Part shown: positions 27,507 to 41,840 of the stretch, piece by piece
Position numbering within the stretch: position 1 is the first letter of the stretch
Layout: the number at the start of each line of letters is the position of its first letter
Assembly (NCBI GenBank): GCA_973895155.1
Contig: OZ316893.1
Coordinates: 2,686,430-2,750,429 of the forward strand
Direction of reading: 5' to 3'
Origin: Marsupella aquatica
Lineage: Eukaryota > Plantae > Marchantiophyta
Length of the DNA stretch: 64,000 bases
Position numbers and translations under genes: made by a program
Notes under the pieces: model-generated
The model's input: the letters and a program-made list of their open reading frames with translations, nothing else
What the model was told of the DNA's origin: nothing
The model's database searches: none

Positions 27507-28099
27507 GAACAACTGAACAACAGATCATATTTCTGAATTAAAAAAAAACAGTACAAGGAGAAGATGGTATAAAATAACGAGGAGACATTTGTCAGGGTGT
27601 TTTCTTGTAACCAAAGAGCTCTTTGGTCATGCACTCGGTACTCATTGGATCCCAAAACTTCCCCCCTAATCTCATCTCAAGGTAGGGTAGTCAGGAAACA
27701 ATTCCTTGGTGAAGAACTTCGAACGATCCATCATGACTCAAACGAAGTGCAACCGAACCAGCTTTCAGATACACTAACTTTCGCTTGATTGCAATCAAAG
27801 ATGAGAAAGATATCTGCCTGGGAGTTTGCGGGTCTCTGCCAGTTGTTCTCGATTTCTTGAGGATTTCGATTCGATCAGAGTTGGGACGGGAGGTCCTTGC
27901 CACGCCCTACTACTACTAACTGACGGTACCTTCCCGTGGTTGTCTCTGGAATCCACCGAACGTTCGGTGGCTCTCTTCCAGAATTGCCATTCCGGATCCT
28001 ACGCAACCGTATGGTACCTATGCGCAATTCAGTTTCGCACCGGATGTGATAGCAGATTCAAATTCCTGCCACAATTCGGTCAAAATCGTACTTCTTCTG

Positions 28100-31000
28100 C
28101 GTCATGTTCGTGACGCAGAAAGCAACCTTTTAGTTGTTGGAGCCTGTTGAGGAGAGGGCCTGCAATAATGCATCCAAATATTTTCATTATTGAATTGATG
28201 AAGATTCTTTCGCTTGAGAGCTGATGTAGTTCCTGAGACTCCATTATAGAGCGGTTTGTGAGGGTCTCTCCTCAGAGATTTAAAAACTTGGTTCGGACTT
28301 TTGCAATTGGAGTTGCTATTGGTCAGGAATTGTGTGAGAACTTAGATTCAATCGGCCTGTATTCGATGACAAAAGTCGGAGCTCACGCAACATTTCAGGA
28401 TTTTGTCCCTCTGCTGAAAGGATAGGATTGTGAGCTATTGAGGGACTCTCAAGATTCACACTTCACTCGAAGACTTGTTTCTCAAGTGGTAGCTCACCCT
28501 GACAGTCCATCACGTACAACTAATCCTCGATGAAGCATTCTTTGTGCGGTTCTGGAATGTCTTCAAGAATCATAATTAAGCTGACATGCATTCGTCCACG
28601 ACTTGCAGGCAATGCTTGTGTAATGGCAAGCCGAAGGAATTTCCGTGTTCAGTACTAGAGTTTTGGAACCCAAGAAATGATCTTATTGTCTGCCATGACC
28701 CATAAGTAGACTAAATGCATAGTTCGTCCAGAAGGGCAGAGGAAACGGATACATGACTAGCAGACAGTCTCTTTCATGGTCTCAGTAGTTGTGGTTAATC
28801 AGCCTCTGAGAAAAATTGGAAGCACTGTGGCTATCCTCAGTACTTCTCCCGGGTTCGAAGGCGTAGAGGATTTCAAAGAAATGGAGGCTCTGTGAGGCAG
28901 AGCAATGACCGATTCGGCTCATCCAGACCCGCAAAACCTCTGGTGATATTCAATTGTTGCAAACGAGTCGTGTTACTTATCTCTTCCGGCACTCTAACAC
29001 TTGATCGTCCCCCTTTAGAAACCCTTCATTGCTGGTACATAATGATCTGCAACTTTCCTCACTAATCGGGTCGGGAACAGCCCGTTATTTTCTCTGCATT
29101 GAAATCTAGTGACGAAGTCGAAGCAGTCTGGTCCGAATTGTCCCCTGGCACGCATTCGTGAGGTTTCCGGAATCCCACACGCCAGGACAAGGATTGAAGC
29201 AATAGGGAAGAAGATTGAGGGGCTCCTTGCGAACAATTTCGTAAGCATGATAGGGTCTGTTGACGTTCGGCCCGGACCTTCAAGTGGCGTCCATACTTTA
29301 GCGGAAATACCGATCGGTTGTTTCTAAATGCTATGGCAACACAAAAAATTGTACATTGTGGGTTGCCCGTCTTCAATTTGGTGCCATTTCAGAGCGTCTA
29401 GTTCCTGAAGCAGGAAAATTGGGGTCATAATTTTACATCAAGTAGCGTCAAATACGATTTACATCTTTAGTTGTAATGTATCTGCGATAGGAAGTCAAAG
29501 GTGCTGGGAAAAATAACATGGAAAACAAGTGTGAAAATTTGTGTCATTAAACACTTCCTTGACAGGAATAAGGTGGAAATTGCAAATGAAGTCTTGAAAG
29601 AAGCAGCGTCTGTTGTCTTAGGTCTCTGCAGACGATATCCACCCAGATGAGGGAGGTGATAAGTGCATTGCAATGGGCACATCCCAAAAAAAATTTGATA
29701 AACGTCCCTTCAATGGATGGGAAAATACTGTGATTCGATGCATATCTGGTCAGCGAGTTCATGCTCATCACTTGAATAGCCAGAATGGCACTTGAATAGC
29801 CAGAATGGGGTTGTAGCGATAGTCGAGTGAACTCCCACCCTTCCTATGGCTGCTTCAGTATCTACAGATGTTTGCTTAGTTTCGCAAGAATCTAGTGGAT
29901 CTTTTTGAGAAAATAGAAAGATGTTTACTATCATGTGGACTCCTTACATGCCTACGTGAGGAGAGGTTGTTGCTTGCTATTCCTACGTACAGAATGGGGT
30001 ATGCCAACCAGAGAGCTAATGTCAATGATATCATTCAGCTGTACGGGATCACGATCAATTCAGACTGCCTTGCAAGTTTGCATGCCCATAGTTCTACCGC
30101 CGCGGTTGTCATTGGTGGATTTGAACAAATTCTGCGTTCACAATGGTTTTGATTGGTCAATCTGAGTATATCCTACTGCCAACTTGCTTTCTCAAAGATG
30201 AAAGTTTGTGGAGTTTTCTCAACTCACTGAATCACTGAAATTGTGAGTGGTTCAGGAGATACTAAAATGAATATGAATCCGACTTGATGTCTGAGCTGAT
30301 TAACTCAGTGAATGTTTGTCTTTAGCTTAAGGGTCATGGAGATTTTTGCCACACCGATACTAGAAATCCATAGCCATTTTTACCTATAACAAATGTTAGC
30401 CCAGAGATATTTCAGACGACTTCAAGTCGATTTTATCAATTGCAAGTGGAATTTTTGAAGTCTGGGTTTCTTCTTAGGATGGCCAGCTGGATTTGTTTTC
30501 CTGTTTTAGTTTTGAAGGTTAGTCCCCAAGTTTGCCCGATTTCCATCTGTCGTCAGCTCTAAAACGAAGTAATTGCTTTTCCATCAGGTGAGGACAGCAC
30601 AAGAGAAGTATCTGCATGTGCAGAAGGTTCATTGAGCAAGGAACTTAATCAAGTGAGTGAAGAAGTACGTCCTAGAGTGTGCTCATAAAGGTCCAAGGGG
30701 GACTCAACAGCAATGTCTACGAAAGAGTATGAATCTCATTCTATGACTAACCTGCCAGTTTGCAAGAAAGGGCTCCAAGAGAGCTGAAGAGAACCTCGCA
30801 CTACACCTTTTACGGAAAGGTGGTCTCTCTGATTCATCTGCTTGCATCAGTCAACCCACCACGACCGTCCTGGCAAACTGTCCTCACTGTTCTGTAAGAA
30901 ACAGAGCTAAACACGAAGCCATGTAGAGGAATGGTCTCAGTTGTGGAGTACTTGCTCAAATTGAATCAATTGTGGAGTTGATCATCTGTACGTCATGCCA

Positions 31001-31100
31001 AAGTGATAGTAATTTACGAAGACTTGAAACACGGCACACAATTCACTTCTGTGAAGTTCCTGGCCGGTCATAATGATCCCTCGATTTACAAAAGATGTCA
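28100..31100 (+). pseudogene. Possible highly decayed TORNADO1-like (LRR-Roc-COR) gene
   Basis: Coding-like composition with short remnant frames (29109-29327 ..FVSMIGSVDVR..GVHTL; 29895-30152 ..DIIQLYGITI..GG) loosely resembling TRN1 Roc/COR segments; no intact motif. Confidence 0.25.
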
Positions 31101-34100
31101 TTCTGAAATGGTTCAAGGTTAAAGTTGAGTGTCAAGAATTTGGGTTTTTAAGAAGGCGCGCGTGAAAGCATCGAATGCATTTAAACCTGTCTACATGTGT
31201 TGACTCCGCTTTGGTAGTATGACTACGATGCTGTTCGGAATTTTTTCCCCTTGTTTGATATTCCCGTTGTCTGGCAATGACCTGTAACAAGAAAAAAGAA
31301 GCCCAACTGCTTAAAAATAATCCCAAAGAACTGGCCAGAAAGCTGAAGCTGGACAATTGAGCTATGGCCAATGATTGATGCCTTATTTCAGAAGTTTAGA
31401 AAGGAATGCAAGATAATCAATCCCGAAACTAATAATCTATACGAGTGCTGTAGCATGACTTTTTGTCTAACGATAATGCTTTCAGATTGTTTCCCTGAAA
31501 TATTAGGACCAAAGTGGCATACATTCATTGCAAAGAGGAGGCTAGGAGCAGGCTACAAGATGCATTTCAAAGAGGAAGCCTCGGGGAAAGTTGGAGGCAC
31601 AAGGCTGCAGATTGTTTGCCCATATGGAGCCACACTTAGACTTCAACAAGCAGATTATGGAGCCACACTAGTCTTACACTTCAACAACCAGATGCCGCAA
31701 TCCTTTCTTCTGGAATGCTTGCTTATTGAGTCAACCGGGGTAGTTAAAAATGTTCTATGCATTTGTGCGCAGTATTTACTTTTGACATCTTCGACCGACT
31801 CTAATACCTCTCAGTAGACAACTTAGCTGGGTTCGGGACTTCTTAAGCTAGGGCAGAGGAAAGGGAATCGGTCCCTCAAATTGTTTAAAGAAAATTTAAA
31901 TTTGTAATTAAAAGTATGCATTTTTCGAACCCCTTGTCTTTTGTTTTGCTGTTTTGCTTGGAAGTGTGACATTTTTTCACAACGCTTGAAGGAAGACAAT
32001 TCAGAACTTCTCGATTTTCTGCTCCTGTCGCTTACACATCAAACTTCAATAGAGGTCGCCTTGTTATCATAGCTTGCCATAATAAGAAATAGTTTAACAC
32101 TATCAGACATAATGATACCTTCAGGTCAACCTTTCAATGAGCTTATCAAAGTGTCATGATTTTCCGTTGAGGATCTTTGAAAAAGAAATCCTAAACATTG
32201 AAACTTGACCTCAAAACCTTGATTGGGTTAGTCATCATGATTGGAGTTTGCCAATTGTTAGTAATTCAAATTAAAGAGTCATCCAAGATTGAAATGGTTG
32301 TTATGAAAATGACCAAAAATATACTTTCTTTAGTTATATTAGATTCTATTCATAAATATTTTATTAATATCACCATATAAAATTTGATTATCATCTTGAA
32401 ATTTTGACTAAATTTAATTTATTGTATAATAAAATTATTTTTAATTTTAATTTTTACTATATTTTATGGTATTATGGAGAATTACTTCACTCAAATATAC
32501 AAATAGAAAAGTAGCGAAAGGCTTTAAGTATTAAAAGTTGCAAGACTGCAAGAGGCAGACTACTTGCCAAAGCAGTTCAATATAGCATGCTCATCTTGGA
32601 ACATGCTTTACTTTTTGTCTTGTAGTGATATTAAGTGGACAAAATTAAAGCGTAAGACTAGAATACATATTAAATGTGAATGAAATCAATTAAAGCGTAA
32701 GACTAGAATACATATTAAATGTGAATGAAATCAAATAATATAAATAAAGTACATGCAATAAAAACACATAGTGACCAATGGAAAGTACAATTTTATTACA
32801 CAAAGTTGCTACCAGTTGTGCACAATGAAATCAAATAATATAAATAAAGCACATGCAATAAAAGTACATAGTGACCAATGGAAAGTACAATTTTATTATA
32901 CAAAGATCCTACGAGTTGTGCACGTATTTCAGTGTGTCTTATTAATGACTCTTATTCAATAAAAACCATAAGCTTAGGAAAGAAAGACACAAGGGGAGCT
33001 TAAGACAGGATGTGCTGACATTTCTTAGAATCATTCCTCTCACTCATGAGTATACTTAAAAGCTATAGAAAATGAAACCCTTAGTTTCTCTCTAGGACTT
33101 AACAAAGATAGAAAATGAAGCCCTTAATTTATCTCTAAGACTTAACAAAGTTTACAAATTATACAAATTAAGGGGGCTGCCAAAATAAATTCAAAACACT
33201 ATAGAATACCAAAAATTTAAAGGGGTCCAAAAATGAATTAAAAGTCTATGTGATACAAAGGATGCCCCTTGTTAAGTTATATTCAAATAACAATTCATGA
33301 TACACAAATATGAATAAGACAAAACATGAGAGTTGGATTCACCATATAGCAACTTCAAAAATTACCATATAGTCTTCCACTTCAACTAACTTTCACACTT
33401 CAACTAACTTTCACAGGCCCATTTCTTCTAGGAGCTACTTTAGGCAGCATAGGAGGCTGCAATCAAATAATCAAAGATATCTTCATTCTTCGATGCACGT
33501 ACCCAATGAGAGTTCCTCGGATCGGTCAGGGTGATGAAGAAGATCATGGCATTAAAGAAATCGATCAGTTTCTATGAATTCTGTCACCAAAGTGACCTAA
33601 ACTGAAAAGAGGCGGAAACCAATCACATTTCACTACCCTATTAACTACTCATACGGACGACATTTTTTTTTCGCGATTGGAGTGGCAGAAATTAAATCAG
33701 TTTTGATCACGAGGTGGAAAAGGAGTCTCCGTCCAGATTAAATTACGTACGGCCCAATGTTAAACGCATACAGCGTAGTCACCTTTTATCAAACTCCCTT
33801 TGGAGAAGATAAAATGGAAGATCACAGCAAAGCTCCGACCTCTGGCACGCAGCAAGCATCTACTTTACCTTGTCACCTGTCCAATCTCTCCCTCGGGGCA
33901 TCAGGCTCTACACGCCCCCACACTGCTTCAGCATCCTCTTGGACAGTAACACCAATTGACTGTCTTTGACTGAAACGTCGATTTCCCAATGTGGCCATCG
34001 ATGCAGCTTCCTTACGTTATGCTCGTGGACGCACCGTGTCTAAAATCGTCGTCCCGAAGTTGTCGCGCTGCTTCGTCTCGACCACCGTCTGTTAGCTACA

Positions 34101-36401
34101 GCAATTAGTCAAAGTTGCCGTGCTCGTTCCTCAAAAGACCCTCCTGGCCAATGACATAAATTTGTCAAAGTCCCCGTGCTTCCCTCAGTTGGTATACGGT
34201 AAGGAGCTTGTGGTGGGTCTGGCATCAATAGGCCGTAGCGTGCGGCTGGAAGGGTGGACAGTCATGTTCTTAGCCACGCACGTTGCAAACTTTAGGGGCG
34301 AGACGAAACCGTTTTTTTCGGGCCCGTTGGCGAGGTCCAAAAACGAGTCCAAAACCTGACCGTGAGATGCATGCTGTGCTCACTGTAGCCCTTCGCTGAG
34401 AAGCTTCATTGAGCACTAGCCTGGCCCTTCAGTGCTCGTGCTCAGTCCCTCACAAAACTAAAGGTGACATGCTCACAGTGACCTTCCAAAGCAGCAGAAC
34501 GAGTTTCACCTCTAGTCTCATATGTGTAAAATGCCACTCAGGTTTCGATACCACTTAGCGTCATCCAGCAGATACTTCCTTTTGTATTCCCGAATTTTTC
34601 CAGTTGCGATGTAGTTTCGCCCTCAGCTCAAAGTAGTCAATGCTCAGTACGTTACCTTGACAATGGAGGACCTACCATTTACACGAACCTAGTTGAAATC
34701 ATTGGTTCATTTGCGAATTAAAGTTCAATAAAATTAGTGGTTCGATAAAATTAGTGAATCATTCTAATCTCAGATTTACATTCATCTCCTTTCCTTTCAT
34801 CAAATAGCAGTGTAGAACAGATCATTACAATTATGTTGCAGTCATTAATGATCCCTGAGAAAGTAAGATCGAACAGACGCCGGCTCAGTATAATTCATGC
34901 TAGCTGCAACCCCTCCTTCGGACAACAGCATTAGTTGAGAAATGACAGTCAGTTGAGTACTCATGAAAAAATCACAGGGATGGGATTACGCGATTTCTTA
35001 ACCAATTGAAGCTCTGGCACCTTGTACTCATCACGAATTTAATTGGGGAACTAACGTGAGACAGTGCATGTCGCCTGATTTGAACAAATCTTCTAACGAA
35101 TAAACTGGCGTCGTAATCACCAATTAATTTGTCATTTATTGCGAAGAAATTCCCAACGTTGCTGCAATCTAGCAGTCTCAAACGAGCGTTGCTTACACGT
35201 CCTGTGTCTACTGCAGTCGTCTAAGTTTCTGCCACAAAGCATTGAATTTAATAATGGAGTGATTTTTCTAATTGCTTCAGCTCGAAGCCATTCTCGTCGT
35301 TCCAGAGGTGTCAGTCTCGTCGTTCCAGAGGTGTCATGAACACTACAGAGTAGCTGTAGACTGTCAGCACGAATGATCAATTTGAGTAGTCTGCTGAGAC
35401 CAGAGCTGACAGTACTACCAGCTACAATCCAATAAATGGAGTCCGTGAGCTCCAAGGTCTGTTTCATTGGCAAAAATTAGTCAAATTCCACCTCCTCCCA
35501 ATCCTTCGCCACTTGTCTAAGTCGTTCTTTCCGAGCACAAGTCCATGAGTCATAGGGCATTGGCCATTGGGTCACTTTAGCATAATTATAATATCTTGAG
35601 TGGTGTGATGACGCGACACGCCTTTAACTAGAGTAATATATCGTGCGCGTTTTAAACAATGCATTCTTCCAATTCTTCCAATTCTTCCAATTGCGAGAAG
35701 CTGTACGGAAGATTTCAGAAAGCGGAAACTTTCTCACAGTCTCACGTGGCCATGGTAAGCGTTTTGTTCTTGATGTCTACTTCAAGCCGATCATGGTTCT
35801 CGAGAAGAACAAATAGTTCAGTAAGTTGCCAATTGCGGTTCTCGACAATTTCTTTTGTTCATTAGGTTGCCAATCGTGGTTCTCGACAATTTGCTTTGTT
35901 CAGTAGGTTGCCAATCGCGGTTCTCGAGAAGAGAAACAGAGGGGTGTGGCACTTGGCCAGCGCCGTGGAAAGGAAGTAATCTTCTGAGGAAAAAGTCTTC
36001 ACAAAGACGACATAACTAAAGGCTTCAGGTCCCCCTCGACTGTTGAATGGTTCTTTTCCAAGTTTCGGCAGAGTAACAATAGTGATGAGAAGTGCGGATG
36101 GAAGGCTGGCGGAGGCATCATTGCCTTCCGTAGCTTTTGATATGACTTTCATGTTTTTTCACTCCGTGAGAGAAAGCGGAAGTGTGCACTGCTGTCTGAG
36201 TGTGCTTCAATGAGGCTATCCCAAGAGCTAGCATAATTTAGCCCGGTGGAGCTCATGACACCATAGGATAGAATTGAACGGTTGCGAGAATGGAGAATTA
36301 GAACACAGCGGAGGCAAACCCCTGTCAGGTTCTTTCTCAAGTTCGAAATACCAGCGAAGGAGTTTTATGTGCCCTTGCCTCTCAATCTGATTGAGTTGGC
36401 T

Positions 36402-37865
36402 ATGGGCTACAAAGAATCAATAATCGTTGTTGTTGGAACCGAGACAGACTGCAAAACTCGTGTGGCAGACGCACTTGCAGAGGGTCGCAATGCCTCTGAG
36501 ATTGAGATTTCTGAGGAGGGGGTCCGATTATTTAGGAAGAAATCGTCCCTTACCCCGTCAGTTATCGACACCGTAGCCTTGGCCACCTACGATGGTTGGA
36601 ACATCGTGGATACTTCCAGGGCATGGATTGCAAGGAATTCACTACGAAGATTGCTTGGAAAACCGATATTTGTGCTCTGTGTCGCCACATCGTCAGGTCC
36701 ACACGACGTCATCTATAAGGACGCTGATTTGGTTAAGAATCAATTCAGTTGGTTGAATCTGCTGGCTGCAATTTTCCCGGAGGACCAACGAGCGATAATG
36801 ATTATAGTGAAGTTACAGGGCACTAGTGATAGCGGGGCCACGGAGTTGGGCATGAGGCGTGTCCTCCAACGCGACGGATTCAACACCGAGAACGCAGTGT
36901 TCTCGACGTTGAGGGGAAGAGATCTAAATAGCCCGATCAACACAGCACTTGAACATAGTATCATTCATCACCGTTGGCCCAGAAGGTCCATGGCACCCTT
37001 CTGTCTCCGAGAGGTGACAAAGGACTCCAGTTATGCCCAAAAACTTGGGCCATGGGGTCCTGAAAGGGTGATTTTACTCGGGAGGACGGGCTGTGGCAAA
37101 TCAACTCTCGCTCAAATGCTCACATTGGGAAAGCTGGACCCTACTTCCGAACTGTTCGCGTCGAGCTCAGGTATCAGAGGAAAAACGAAGGAAGTCGCTC
37201 ATGGGGAGGGTAGAGGGTGGTACGTCGTGGACACGCCGGGGTTTGCAGAACCGGCCGATGGAGACCATACCATCAGCACTGAAGCCGCGGAAGCCAAGAT
37301 TAAGAAATACGTCCAACTAATCGAGGGAACTTACACACATTTCATACACGTGGTGATGAAGGACCGCATTGACTGGATGGAAGAGAGACTGTGGCAGTTC
37401 TTCTTACGACTCTTCGGCGAAGACATTAAAGAAAACTTCTCCATAGTGATTTCCGACGCGGAACAGAAATGGGTGGAGGACAACATAGAGACTTTGCAAC
37501 AGAGTTTCAAAGGCGCCGAGAGCTTTCTCAGTGCCGAGTTCCCGAAGTCACGCGAAAACGACGAAGAGTGGGAGGCAGAGTCTCAGGAGGTGCGCACAAA
37601 ATCTCTGAAGGACTTAGAGGACGGGCTTACGGTTCTCTTCAGAAGCCAAACGTACTGCGACTTCGGCCAATTCTCCAAGATGAACATCAAACGGGAGAGG
37701 TCAGGGCTAGATATCGCAACTCGCGACACTAGGAGTTGGAGAAAGAAGGCAACCATCTCCGTGAGAGCAGCAGCAATGGAGACATATGCTGACTTTCGCA
37801 GGTTGGCCTTGATGTTGGCCCCGGACGACAAGGGTGTCGTACTGGACTTGAATGTTAATATTTAG
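36402..37865 (+). CDS. Intronless AIG1/Toc34-like (TRAFAC) P-loop GTPase, 487 aa
   Basis: G1 ILLGRTGCGKST, G2 GKTKEV, G3 WYVVDTPGF, followed by HFIHVV and FLRLFGEDIKENFSIVIS as in AIG1/IAN proteins; uninterrupted ORF, first ATG at 36402. Confidence 0.85.
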   Translation: MGYKESIIVVVGTETDCKTRVADALAEGRNASEIEISEEGVRLFRKKSSLTPSVIDTVALATYDGWNIVDTSRAWIARNSLRRLLGKPIFVLCVATSSGPHDVIYKDADLVKNQFSWLNLLAAIFPEDQRAIMIIVKLQGTSDSGATELGMRRVLQRDGFNTENAVFSTLRGRDLNSPINTALEHSIIHHRWPRRSMAPFCLREVTKDSSYAQKLGPWGPERVILLGRTGCGKSTLAQMLTLGKLDPTSELFASSSGIRGKTKEVAHGEGRGWYVVDTPGFAEPADGDHTISTEAAEAKIKKYVQLIEGTYTHFIHVVMKDRIDWMEERLWQFFLRLFGEDIKENFSIVISDAEQKWVEDNIETLQQSFKGAESFLSAEFPKSRENDEEWEAESQEVRTKSLKDLEDGLTVLFRSQTYCDFGQFSKMNIKRERSGLDIATRDTRSWRKKATISVRAAAMETYADFRRLALMLAPDDKGVVLDLNVNI

Positions 37866-40619
37866 TTTCCAGCAGACTTCGCACCTGTGATCTGGGAGAA
37901 TCGATCGGAACGGGAGTCGGAACTGGAATTGGCTCTCTAGGGGCTCATAGCCAGACGCATACCCATTCATGATGTACCGGTAGAGAGGTGGTGGTAGATG
38001 TATACGGCAGAAAGAAGTTTATAGATCTTCGATTACAACCGGGCTCGTACAGCCCTTCAGTCAAGAATTTCGACCACTCTTCTTGGTAGTTGCCACTTAT
38101 TAGGGGCGAAAATTTGAAGCTTCTGGGTCCGCCAAACTAGTTGCTGCTCGATCCTCAGTTGTAATTAGAAGCTTAAGCTGCTTTGAGCTGTTGCATAGTT
38201 AGTCTTGCGGACCTAGGCCATAGCGCGATACTTTTTTCTTTTGCTGGAAAATATTATTGTTCTGTTCAGAGGACCTTAGCATCTATATGAGCTTTTTCGC
38301 TACGATCGATCAACACCAGCTGACTGTCGAAAGCCCTAGCATTTCGGTTCCTTGACTTACAGTGCTAGGCGTTTGTCTCCATGTCCGAATGTACGCCTTG
38401 GAGGGAGACCTGAGTTGCATGTGACATTTTTTACTGCATGCCTCGAAATGATGTAAGCGTCCTTCAAAACCCACGGATCCCTATCTCCACTTAGCTCCAC
38501 TTAGATGCAACCACTGTAGGGTCTAGGATCGACATCAACGGATGCCGAGTTCAGCGAGAGTGCGTGCTACAAAATTTCATGCCGAGTTCAGCGAGAGTTC
38601 GTGCTACAAAATTTCCTTCGTCTGTTGCATTGGTTTGAAATTCTTTGATCTCCAAACTTGGCAAAACGAAGGCCTTGTTATATAGGTCAGCCAGGCGTCA
38701 GTAATTCGAACCGTGTCATGCCTTTACTCTAGATAGTGGTCCATATCATCTCGACAAATGGCAATGTTCCCTTGGAGCTCTTCGGCAGAACTAGCAGACT
38801 TAGTCCTAACCACCTAGCTTGTTGTAATTGTTGGCCAAGCTCATAGGTTCAGTAGGCTTCTGGGCAATCCGATATTTCCGCGCCTGGTCAAATATGTTTA
38901 CGTGCTCTGAATATTTCATGGATCGGTAGGCCAAGAGAGTCGTGGGCAGGTCGTTTCCGATCGCGGCCGTGTGGATTGAGAGTTCAGGTTCAACTGAAAT
39001 TCACAAACCAAAATCACTTCTTCAACCTTAAATTAAAGCACTGGTTTTCGTAACCAATTTACACAAGCTCCTCGCGGCTTTTTCTTCACATGAACGGAGC
39101 TGGCGATTCGAGGATCTAGTCATTTAATGGATCAAAATTCAGCTTCCACAAGACAAGTGTGGCTGAAGGGGTCCCAGAACTGACGGATCCTCCCTGCCCA
39201 AGGTTCGCCGTGACGGGGTCGATCTGGCCGTGGACTCGGACCACGAAAGACCAGAATGACCCCATCGCAGCACCTTGTATCCGTTGAACGACTTTTATTC
39301 CGAAGGCCAAGCACCAACAAGACGGGGGCGTCCCACACTCTCTGAAAGGTTTGAGGAGCAGAGCTGACAGTCGCGTACATCAGGGTGGAAAAGCAGACCT
39401 GAATTGAACCAGGGCGATGACCAATCCTACATGACTTGTAAGCTACTAAAAGTAACTGCAATCTCCTCTCTATTTACAGTCATTCCCGGGAGTCATTCTG
39501 TATCCTCGGCAACTTGCACCTAATAATTATCAACTGTTATGATTAGAATACTTTCGACGTCCCATCGTGTGTCTGGAAAATAAGCTCTGATGGACCCCAG
39601 CGAATGAACAGGATTTTCCCCCGGTCACGCATGATGTCAAACCGGACTGCGCCCGAGTCACGCATGACGTCTAAGCGGCTCTCATACTTTACTTCCATTG
39701 GTGTGAAAGTTTCCATTACTAAGAAATCAATCCTTCCAGAAGCTATCATGGACGAATGGCTGAGCTAAAGCCAAAGAAACGACAGTAATAAAAGTGACCA
39801 ATGACACTGATGAACGAAGCCTGATCAAAAAGTGCACCTGGCTGCTTAGGTACCTGAAGTTGAACAAAGCTGAGCTCAATGAAATTGAACTAATTAAGCC
39901 CGATCAAAAAGTGCATCGATGCTCATGAACAATTTCATATGAACCTGGACTGAAATGGAAACAATGAAGTGATCATGGAGCGGCAGTACCAGCGTACTGA
40001 GGAAATATCGAGAAACAATTTCTGGGTTCACCTGGACATCAGATTTCAGACATTTTTCACATTCATCACACGTTTTTCTTTTTCTTGAGGATTCATTCAT
40101 TCAGTAAATGAATGGGGCGCATAGTGCCATGGAAACAATGAACTTGTTTTTTCCTTTCTAACCAATTTCAGCATCCTACTGCCCAAATCCATCGTGACAA
40201 GATTATCCAGGTTCTTCAATTCCTGCGAGCCGTGCTGTCACAATGCTTTCTATCTAATCCAATCAACAAATCAAACGCTTCATATGGCAGAACACAAGCA
40301 AACTTTCACTGATTTGGAGTTCAGCCGTACTGAACCAGTCTCGATTTGGAGCACAGTTTGATCTGTGTACAATTTCTCAATCAACCTCATGCTGGATTCT
40401 CTGAATTTTAAAAAGCACTTGATTCTTGTAGACTATGCTCAAAACGAACTAAATCCTCGAACCCCTATGCTCAAAACGAACTGAATCCTCGAACCCCTAT
40501 GCTCAAATCTCTTACACAGATTGGCAGCAAGTTACTCATTGTGAAGAACTCAATGCCAAGTAGTCTATACAATGGGATTAGCGCTGACAGGAGATGGGGT
40601 AACTGAAGTAAACCCAGTC

Positions 40620-41840
40620 GCTCAACCTGCTACAAATGGGTAGAGTACCTGTTGGAATGAAATGGTAGAATGGATAGAGCCTTTTCCCCTTCCTTTTCCC
40701 TCCCTTTAATGGGTTGCTTTGTGGGTTGCTTTGTGGGTTGCTTTGTCTTTGAGACATTGTCACCTAGTTTGGCACCTTTGACCTTTTTTCACTATCATAT
40801 ATATAGATAGAATACTTGTTTGCTTGGACAGAATAGAGACTGAAACCTGTGCCCGCCTATTTACATATCAAATTCAGTTAGGATTGTAAACAGTGTTCCT
40901 GCAGTTTCTAAATTTCATAAACTTTGAGGTCCATCCAGGTTTCAAAAATCCAAGGGAGCACTTACACAAACGTGAAGGTCAACGTGGGCTTCATTTTCCT
41001 GGTTTTATTTACTAAGCTAAATTTTTTGTTCTAATTTTAAGTTTGGCTTCTCAGGGCTGTCTTCTTTGTTATCCTTTTCATGATCATGAGGTTACCTCTC
41101 CACAACCAGGTACAATGGATAGAGTACCTGCTGGAATGAAAAGGATACAACCGATAACCTTGCCAAGTAACTTGCATGTTGTATTTCAGTGAGGACTGTA
41201 AACAGCATTACCAGAGTTAAATTTGATAAAACATTGGGGTCCATCCAGGGTTTCAGAAGTCCATGGGACAAGAAAAAATTTCAAAAGCCTATGGAAGTAT
41301 ATTGACAAACATGGGGGTCCATGTACTTGGGTTTCATTTTCCTCTTTCTATGCTAAACTCAATAATTTTGTTTTAATTTTAATTTTGGCCTGTGAAGATT
41401 AATTCCATGTTGAAATTGCATTTCCACAACCAGCTACAATTGATAGAGTTTCTGTTGAAATGAATAGGAACTTACAGGTCATATTTCAATAATAGGAAAT
41501 TTGATAAACCTTGCCGAGCAACTTACAGGTCATATTTCAATGAGGGCTGTACACAATGTTACCATCTGGAGGTAAATTTGATAAACATTGAAGTCCATCT
41601 GGGTTTCAGATGCCCAGCGGACACTAAACACCCCCGCCCCCCAATGGGAGAATCTCACAGACATGAAGGCCCATGTACTTGCGCTTCAATTGCCTGGTTC
41701 TATTTACTAAGCAAGCCATATTCTTGTTTTAATTTTAATTTTGGCCCATGAGGGTTTTCTTCTTTGTTACTATTTCCATGTTGAAACTGTCTTCTCACAT
41801 CTAGCTACAGCAGATTGATTACCTGTTGGAATGAACCTAA
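40620..41840. repeat. Degenerate tandem repeat, ~320-480 bp period, ~4 copies
   Basis: Block CAACC..TACAA..G.TAGAGTACCTGTTGGAATGAA recurs near 40623, 41103, 41427 and 41800, with shared AAATTTGATAAA..GTCCATC and TTTTAATTTTAATTTTGGC segments. Confidence 0.75.

Noticed and set aside
32640-32900. Short local duplications (also ~38544-38615, 42033-42128, 53505-53620, 57190-57310)
   Set aside because: Ordinary slippage-type duplications with no further structure.
38900-39750. Short coding-like ORFs on minus
   Set aside because: No recognisable motif or consistent exon chain could be established by eye.
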